A DNA stretch of 54,401 nucleotides from Planctomycetota bacterium (GTDB taxonomy: Bacteria > Planctomycetota > Phycisphaerae > Phycisphaerales > UBA1924): contig RFGI01000055.1 of NCBI GenBank assembly GCA_003696725.1, positions 1 through 54,401 on the forward strand, given 5' to 3'. Positions within the stretch are counted from its first letter, which is position 1; each line of letters opens with the position of its first letter. Made by a program: the position numbers and the translations under genes. Below the pieces are notes generated by a model that was given only the letters and a program-made list of their open reading frames with translations, did not search any database and was not told the origin of the DNA. Below are positions 44,841 to 51,420 of the stretch, piece after piece.

Positions 44841-46673
44841 TCAGCGCGTCCCGGCGAGCCGGCGGACGGTCTGATCGAACGTGCGCACCATGCTGGCCCG
44901 GAGGCTGGCGATGACCAGGACATAGATCACCGCCGACGCCCCGGCGCCGATGAGCAGCGAGAGCTGCACGATCCCGCGCCCGCCGGTGGGGGCGTCGAGG
45001 GTGCCGGCGGCGCCGATCTCGGGCCGGATCAGCGCGAACGCCGCGGTCCCGGGGTTCAGGCACGCCAGGGCGGGCCCCACGAGGGGGATCTCCCGGCCGG
45101 CTTGCCAGCCGCAGGCCCCGATCACGCCCGCCAGCACCGCGACCATGGCGAACGTGCGTGTGACGGCCGCGAGCGTGCCCTTGCTCTTGAGCGACCACTG
45201 GAGCCCGACGATCACGCAGAACGCCACGAAGGGCACGATCGTCAGCGGCGCGACCAGGGCGCCCTCGGGCAGGACCAGCGGCAGGTCCATCATCGCCGCC
45301 CCGACGCGGACCGTCACCACCCCGGCGCCCGAGCCCAGCCCGTCGGTCATCGCGTAGAGCGAGGCGAGCACGACCGTCCCGATCGGCACGCTGAGCATCG
45401 GCGCCAGGAACGAGATCAGCCCGCGGAGCTTGCCGCCCAGGTACGCGCCGGCGGTGATCGGCGTGATGAGCAGCAGATCCAGCGTCCCGTCCTCGCGCTC
45501 GCGGGAGACCGCGGTCGAGGCCATGTTGATGGCGATCAGGCAGATCACCGCGATCTCGGCCCAGACCGTCGCGACCAGGGCGAAGCGCACGTCCGCCGCC
45601 GTCCAGGCGCCGGCGTGGTAGAGCCCGAGCATCAGCACGCCCCAGCCCCATCCCGCGGCGATGAACGACCACCTCGCCGCGATCTTGCGGACCGATCCCG
45701 CCCGGGCCGCCGCCTCGCGCCAGGCGACCGGGTTGTGCCAGACGGTCCGCGAGGGCCGGCGGCGGTCGCCGGCGGCGTCGGTGACCGCGCCGGCGCGCCA
45801 CAGCGTGCCCCCGGCGGCGGCGATCCGACGGACCATCGCCGTGCTCGCCGCGACCATCAGCACCGAGAGCCCCGCCGACGCCAGGCACCACGACAGGACC
45901 GGCGAGCCGAACCACAGCCTCGCGGGCCAGGCCATCGTCCCCAGGACCGCGGGATCGGGCGTCGGGTATCCGGACGGCGCCAGCAGCGCCTCGAGCGCCA
46001 GGAACGGGTTGAGCGGCGTCAGCCAAGTCACGCCGCCTGAGCCCCGCGACCGCAGCCACAGGTCCACCGCCCAGGTGACGGCGATGTACGACACCGCGCA
46101 GACGTAGAACGCGAACACCGCCCGCCGGCCAGCGAGCCGGTTGACCGACAGCGTGATGGCGATGGCGCCGACGAGCATCGCCGCGCACGCCGCGATGGCG
46201 TAGGAGGCGAAGATGCTCGACGCCGGCGCCCCGCCGAAATATTGCGTGATGGCGAACAGCGGCAGCGACGAGAACAGCAGCGCCAAGACAAACACCAACC
46301 GGCCCAGGAGGTTCCCCAGGACGATCTGCCCCGCCGAGAGAGGGGTCGTCAGCAGGATGTCCCACGTGCGGGGGTTGGCCTCCTGGGCGATGGCCCCGGC
46401 CATGAAGACCGGGGAGAGGATGCAGATCAGCCCGATCTGGAGGTACGCCACCAGGGAGAAGGCCGCCGCCCCGGCGTTGGCCAGTTCGGTGTACGACAGG
46501 CTCCCCCCGCCCGCGCCGAACAGGAGGGCCCACAACAGGGCCGCCGTCAGGACGCCCAGGTACCCCGTGCGGATGTAGAAGTGCCTCAGCCGGCGGGACC
46601 CGCCCTGGACCAGGCGGACGCAGATCGGGTTGAGGGGCGCCAGGCGCAAGAGCCAGCGGACGGCCGGGGGCAT
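44841..46673 (-). CDS. large polytopic ABC-2-type transporter permease-like protein (two permease-like halves)
   Basis: 610 aa with 12 or more hydrophobic helices. The N-terminal half resembles ABC-2/NosY-type permeases (ILSPVFMAGAIAQEANPRTWDILLTTPLS). No ATPase gene is adjacent. Confidence 0.72.
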   Translation of the reverse strand: MPPAVRWLLRLAPLNPICVRLVQGGSRRLRHFYIRTGYLGVLTAALLWALLFGAGGGSLSYTELANAGAAAFSLVAYLQIGLICILSPVFMAGAIAQEANPRTWDILLTTPLSAGQIVLGNLLGRLVFVLALLFSSLPLFAITQYFGGAPASSIFASYAIAACAAMLVGAIAITLSVNRLAGRRAVFAFYVCAVSYIAVTWAVDLWLRSRGSGGVTWLTPLNPFLALEALLAPSGYPTPDPAVLGTMAWPARLWFGSPVLSWCLASAGLSVLMVAASTAMVRRIAAAGGTLWRAGAVTDAAGDRRRPSRTVWHNPVAWREAAARAGSVRKIAARWSFIAAGWGWGVLMLGLYHAGAWTAADVRFALVATVWAEIAVICLIAINMASTAVSREREDGTLDLLLITPITAGAYLGGKLRGLISFLAPMLSVPIGTVVLASLYAMTDGLGSGAGVVTVRVGAAMMDLPLVLPEGALVAPLTIVPFVAFCVIVGLQWSLKSKGTLAAVTRTFAMVAVLAGVIGACGWQAGREIPLVGPALACLNPGTAAFALIRPEIGAAGTLDAPTGGRGIVQLSLLIGAGASAVIYVLVIASLRASMVRTFDQTVRRLAGTR

Positions 46674-47160
46674 GGGCCCATCCTAGGGCCCGGCGCCGGC
46701 AGGTTGCGTCGAGAGGCCTCGGCTCGGCTATGATGTGGCTCGCGAGTCGCCCACCGGCGGCGCGCACCGCACCCGGCGCCCCACACGCGGATGGACACGG
46801 GGCCCGTTCTGATCCCTGACCGCGACGCCGGATCGGCCGGCGCTGTCGGGAGGGGCGCGCCGCGAGGGGAAGGCCCCCGGGCGTGATAGATCCTCACCAC
46901 GGACGCGACGCCGACGCACCCCTGACCCACCCGGCTCTTCCTCCTCGACCTGACCCATGCCTGCACGACCTGTTCGGATCTGTGCCCGACCCGCCGCCCG
47001 CTCATGCGCGGGGTCGGCGACGCCGTTGCACGGCGGGCTCGGCCGCTCGCGTTCGTCCTGACGCCGCGGGCGTCGGCCCCACCGGCCGGCCCCGCTCGAC
47101 CCGTGTCCTGCCCCGCCCGCTGACGGGCCCGGCTGCTGCGCGTCGTCGCGCGATCGCGCG

Positions 47161-48783
47161 ATGAAAGGGCAGCCGATGGTCCACGTCCTGACAGAGACAA
47201 CCCTTGCCCAGTCGCCGGCGGGATCGGCTTCCGGGTGGATCTTGCCCGCGCTGATCGGCCTCCTGGTCGGGGTGGCGGGGACGGCGCTGGCCGTGCGTCT
47301 GATCACCGGCCGGCTCCTGGCGGGCGCCCGCACCGAGGCCGACCGCATCCGCGAGGCCGCCCGGGCCGAGGCGGCCACCGAAGCCGAACGCATCCGGGTC
47401 GAGGCCGAGAAGGACCGCCTGGAGCGGACCCGGGCGTTCGAGAAGGAGCTGGAGGCGGGCAGGGCGGAGCTCCGCGAGGTCGAGCGCCGGCTGACCAAGC
47501 GCGAGGACGTCCTGGACCGGAAGCTCGAGACGCTCGGCGTCAAGGAGGACGCGCTCAGCAAGCAGGCCGCGGAACTCGACCGGCGGGAGGAGGCGCTCCG
47601 AGGCCGGGCCGCCGAGCTCGACGGGCTGATAGAGCGAGCGACTGAAGAGCTGACGCGGGTCGCGGAGATGACCCGGGACGACGCCCGGCGGGCGCTGCTG
47701 GAGCGTGTCGAGGAGGAGGTCAAGGACGAGGCCGCCCGCACCACGCGCCGGCTGCTCGAAGAAGCGGAAGAGTCCGCCCGCGACCGGGCCCGGGAGATCA
47801 CGATCCAGGCCATCCAGCGCTACGCCTCGGACGTGGTCAGCGAAGCGACCGTGCGGAGCATCCCGATCCCCTCGGACGACATGAAGGGGCGGATCATCGG
47901 GCGGGAAGGGCGAAACATCCGTGCGATCGAGAAGGCGACCGGCGTGGACATCATCGTGGACGACACGCCGGGGGTGATCGTCGTCTCGTGCTTCGACAAG
48001 GTCCGTCAGGCGGTCGCCGCCGAGGCCATGACCCGGCTGATCGCCGACGGCCGGATCCACCCGGCGCGGATCGAGGAGGTCGTCGCCCAGACCCAGAAGG
48101 AGATCGAAGAGTCCGTCGTCCGCCACGGCAAGGACGCGGTGCTCGAGGCCAACCTCCGCGGGGTGCACGCCAAGATCGCCGAGGCGATGGGCAAGCTGCA
48201 CTACCGCACGTCGTACGGCCAGAACGTGCTCAGGCACTCGATCGAGGTCGCGTTCATCAGCCAGATGATGGCGGACCTCGTGGGGCTCAACGGCGCCATC
48301 GCCCGCCGCTGCGGGTTCCTGCACGACATCGGCAAGGCCATGGACCACGAGGTCGAGGGCGGGCACCCCAAGATCGGCATGGACTTCGCCAAGCAGTTCG
48401 GGGAGAAGGAGCCGGTTCTCAACGCCATCGGCGGGCACCACGGGGACATCCCCGCGACGTCCTTCTACACCCCGATCGTCATGGCCGCCGACGCCCTGTC
48501 CGGGGCCCGGCCCGGCGCCCGCCGCGAGTCCCTCGAACGGTACATCAAACGCCTCGAACAGCTCCAGGACATCGCCCTGGCCCACGAGGGCGTCCAGGAG
48601 GCGTTCGCCATCCAGGCCGGCCGCGAGGTCCGCGTGATGGTCGACGCCAAGCGCGTCGGCGACGACCAGGCGTTCGTCATCGCCCGCGCCATCGCCGACC
48701 GCGTCAGCGACGAGATGACCTTCCCTGGCGAGATCAAGGTCACCGTGCTGCGCGAGACCCGGGCGATCGAGATCGCGCGCTAG
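47161..48783 (+). CDS. rny: ribonuclease Y
   Basis: 540 aa. It has an N-terminal TM helix, a long coiled coil, a KH domain (GRIIGREGRNIRAIE) and an HD domain (HSIEVA...LHDIGK). Confidence 0.95.
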   Translation: MKGQPMVHVLTETTLAQSPAGSASGWILPALIGLLVGVAGTALAVRLITGRLLAGARTEADRIREAARAEAATEAERIRVEAEKDRLERTRAFEKELEAGRAELREVERRLTKREDVLDRKLETLGVKEDALSKQAAELDRREEALRGRAAELDGLIERATEELTRVAEMTRDDARRALLERVEEEVKDEAARTTRRLLEEAEESARDRAREITIQAIQRYASDVVSEATVRSIPIPSDDMKGRIIGREGRNIRAIEKATGVDIIVDDTPGVIVVSCFDKVRQAVAAEAMTRLIADGRIHPARIEEVVAQTQKEIEESVVRHGKDAVLEANLRGVHAKIAEAMGKLHYRTSYGQNVLRHSIEVAFISQMMADLVGLNGAIARRCGFLHDIGKAMDHEVEGGHPKIGMDFAKQFGEKEPVLNAIGGHHGDIPATSFYTPIVMAADALSGARPGARRESLERYIKRLEQLQDIALAHEGVQEAFAIQAGREVRVMVDAKRVGDDQAFVIARAIADRVSDEMTFPGEIKVTVLRETRAIEIAR

Positions 48784-48920
48784 GTCCAGATCGATGGAAC
48801 AGGTGGACGGGCGCCTCGCCCGTCGGTGCGTGTGGGATGAGGGCCGAGATGGCCGTCCCAACGGCTCGTGGCGGTGACTCGGCGGTGTCGGGTGATCCGT
48901 CAAACAGAAGCGAGGCGCAT

Positions 48921-48958
48921 AACACAACGAGCCCGCGATCGGGCCCGCTGTGTTTATC
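48921..48958. terminator. possible bidirectional hairpin between convergent rny and the gene 48976-49428
   Basis: GAGCCCGCGATCGGGC(C) stem-loop flanked by a T-rich run on each strand (TGTGTTTAT on plus, TTGTGTTAT on minus). The stem is short. Confidence 0.35.
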
Positions 48959-48975
48959 AAGTCGATGAGTGTCGA

Positions 48976-49428
48976 TCAGTCGTCGGCGCGCTCGAGATCG
49001 ATATGCGCCTCGATGCCCGAGTTGGTCTCGGTGGCGTCGCCGGAAAGTTCGTCACCGTCGAGGGTGAGCTCGACCTCCCAGTTCGAGCCGTCGTCCGGGG
49101 TGACGGCGCCGGTGAGGACGCCGGACTCCTCGTCGAACTGCCCCTGGAAGGGCGCCTCCCCGTCGGGGATCTCGAACGTGCCGGTGACCTCCCCGTCATC
49201 GCCCATCATCAGCGTGACCAGCAGCGGCACATCCTCCGGGAACGCTTCGCCCGAGACCGTCCCCTCCCACTCGCCCGAGACGTCGGCGAGCCGATCGACC
49301 GCCACCATCCGCGACGGCGCGAACGAATCCGCCGGCTTGTCCTGGTTGTGCGACGCGACGACCGCACCCGCGATGACGACGAACCCCGCCGCGGCGGACG
49401 AGACTGATGATTTCCCGCATAGGCACAT
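48976..49428 (-). CDS. small acidic secreted protein, paralog 1 of a tandem pair
   Basis: 150 aa with GGAGGAA upstream and a signal peptide. It shares SGEWEGT, DGEVTGTF, SGVLTG and LDGDELSG motifs with the neighbouring gene. Confidence 0.65.
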   Translation of the reverse strand: MCLCGKSSVSSAAAGFVVIAGAVVASHNQDKPADSFAPSRMVAVDRLADVSGEWEGTVSGEAFPEDVPLLVTLMMGDDGEVTGTFEIPDGEAPFQGQFDEESGVLTGAVTPDDGSNWEVELTLDGDELSGDATETNSGIEAHIDLERADD

Positions 49429-49540
49429 GAGCGTTCCTCCAAAACCGGACCCGCCGGATCAGCCGCACGAGACGGCCCGCGGCGCCCCGGAGGTCTTTCC
49501 GGATCGAGCCGAGGGGGTTTCAGTCGAGCGGGGAAAGAGG

Positions 49541-49999
49541 TCAATCGACCCGAGAGACGCTGAGCTCCATGTCCAGCTCGACCCCGCCCTCCTCGACGTG
49601 GATGGAGCCGGTCATCTCGTCGCCGTCGACCTTCATCTCGACCTGGGCCTCGCCCTCCTCGTCGGGATTGGTCAGGACGCCGGTGACGGAGCCGTCGTCC
49701 TCGCTGTACTCGCCTTCGAAATCGACATCCTGCGAGTTGCCGTCCGGGCCGGTGATGGTGAACGTGCCGGTCACGTCCGTCCCGTCCAGTTCGAGCGACA
49801 TCGCCAGGTCCAGGTCGAACGAGCCCTGCGGGGTTTCGATGGTCAGCGTGCCCTCCCAGTCGCCGGAGATCGCATCCTCCAGCGAGACCGTGATCGCGGC
49901 CCGGGCGGGGTGGGCGTCGGCGGTCCACGGGGCGGCCGCCGCCAGCCCGAAGCCCACCGCCGTCGCCGCGCACGCCGCCATCATCGTCTTCGTCTTCAT
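49541..49999 (-). CDS. small acidic secreted protein, paralog 2 of a tandem pair
   Basis: 152 aa with signal peptide MKTKTMMAACAATAVGFGLAAAA. It carries SGDWEGT, DGTDVTGTF, DGSVTGVL and VDGDEMTG motifs. Confidence 0.7.
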   Translation of the reverse strand: MKTKTMMAACAATAVGFGLAAAAPWTADAHPARAAITVSLEDAISGDWEGTLTIETPQGSFDLDLAMSLELDGTDVTGTFTITGPDGNSQDVDFEGEYSEDDGSVTGVLTNPDEEGEAQVEMKVDGDEMTGSIHVEEGGVELDMELSVSRVD

Positions 50000-50093
50000 C
50001 TCGATCGCTCCGCGTCAATGGATAGACGCCCCGGCGTCCGCGCCGCGGCCCGGGGTATTATTGCGGCGAATCGGCCGAGAGTTTCGCTTTGTG

Positions 50094-50121
50094 AAAAAAC
50101 CGCGTTCCGGACCCCCGCGGG
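50094..50121 (-). terminator. candidate intrinsic terminator after mnmA
   Basis: The minus strand reads CCGCG-GGGGTCCGGAA-CGCGG followed by TTTTTTC. The stem is short but the T-run is clear. Confidence 0.45.
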
Positions 50122-50126
50122 GCGAT

Positions 50127-51311
50127 TTACACGGCGCCGATGGGGTTCCCGCGGCCCACGATCCACCCGCCGCCGAGAACCCGCTCGGGCCGCTCCTGGT
50201 CGTACAGCACCGCGGCCTGGCCGGGGGCGGCGCCGTCGATCGGGGCGTCGAACACGACGGTCGCTCGATCGAACTCCGGCGACAGGCGCACCTCGGCCGC
50301 GTGGGCCGCGCCGTGGGCCCGGGTCTGCACGAGGACCCGCCCGCCGGCCGAGAGCCGGTCCATCGTGCCGTCGCTGATGTGCCAGTTGAGATCGGTCAGG
50401 GACAGCCGGGCCGTCGCCAGTGCGGCGCGGTCGCCGACGGTGACGGTGTTGGTCGCCGGGTCCTTACCCACGACGTAGATGGGTCGGCCAACCGCCACGC
50501 CGAGCCCCCGGCGCTGGCCGATCGTGAACCGGTGGTGCCCGGCGTGCTCGCCGATCGGCCGGCCGTCGGCGTCGATCACCCGCCCGGGGCGGCGCAGCCC
50601 GGGTGAGCGCAGCTCGACGAACCGCGCGTGGTCGCCGTCCGGCACGAAGCAGATCTCCTGTGAGTCCGGCTTGTCGAACGTGGGCAGGCCCATACGCCGG
50701 GCCTCGGCCCGGACGTCGGCCTTGGTCATCTCGCCAACCGGGAGCAGGGTCGAGGCCAGCCGGTCGCGCCGGATCCCGAACAGCACGTACGACTGGTCCT
50801 TGGCCGCGTCCACGCCGCGCCACAGCTCGGCCCGACCCTCGCGGCGGACGATGCGGGCGTGGTGACCGGTCGCGACAAACCGGGCGCCGATCTGCGCGGC
50901 GTGCTCGTGCAGGCGCCCGAACTTGAGCCAGTCGTTGCAGCGGATGCAGGGGTTGGGCGTGCGGCCGGCGGCGTGCTCGGCGACGAAGTAGTCCATGATC
51001 CGCCCGAAATCCCGGCGGAAGTTCATCACGTACAGCGGGATCCCGAGCTTCGCAGCGACGAGCCGGGCGTCGTGGGCGTCACCGACCGAGCAGCAGCCCC
51101 TCGCCCGGGGCCGGGCGGCGCGCGGGCCGGCGCCCTCCGGGCCGCACGTCGCGCCGGCTTCGATCGGCCGACCTGAGTCCTCGTCCGGCGAGCCCAGCCG
51201 CATGAAGCAGCCGACCACGTCGTAGCCGTCGCGCAGCAGGAGCGCCGCGGCGAGGGAGGAGTCCACCCCGCCGCTCATCGCCACCAGAACCCGCCCGCGC
51301 GTCCGCGTCAT
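50127..51311 (-). CDS. mnmA: tRNA 2-thiouridine(34) synthase
   Basis: 394 aa from ATG 51311 with the VAMSGGVDSS PP-loop, a catalytic Cys context and a conserved MnmA C-terminal barrel. The 498-aa track ORF is an upstream extension. Confidence 0.93.
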   Translation of the reverse strand: MTRTRGRVLVAMSGGVDSSLAAALLLRDGYDVVGCFMRLGSPDEDSGRPIEAGATCGPEGAGPRAARPRARGCCSVGDAHDARLVAAKLGIPLYVMNFRRDFGRIMDYFVAEHAAGRTPNPCIRCNDWLKFGRLHEHAAQIGARFVATGHHARIVRREGRAELWRGVDAAKDQSYVLFGIRRDRLASTLLPVGEMTKADVRAEARRMGLPTFDKPDSQEICFVPDGDHARFVELRSPGLRRPGRVIDADGRPIGEHAGHHRFTIGQRRGLGVAVGRPIYVVGKDPATNTVTVGDRAALATARLSLTDLNWHISDGTMDRLSAGGRVLVQTRAHGAAHAAEVRLSPEFDRATVVFDAPIDGAAPGQAAVLYDQERPERVLGGGWIVGRGNPIGAV

Positions 51312-51420
51312 CGCCGCGATGCTAGGGCGTCGGGACTCAACACGGCCGGGCGCGCCCCGGCGCGACGCTAGGATGACGCCCCCGCCCGCCGACGCGCGGA
51401 CGCACGGAAAGGACCGTTCC

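Noticed and set aside
49196-49468. An alternative frame (MREIISLV...) at the 5' end of paralog 1, raising the possibility of a frameshifted gene.
   Set aside because: The MCLCGKSSVSSAAAGFVVIAGAVVA frame is continuous from a Shine-Dalgarno-preceded ATG at 49428. It gives a normal signal peptide joined to the conserved mature part, so no frameshift is needed.
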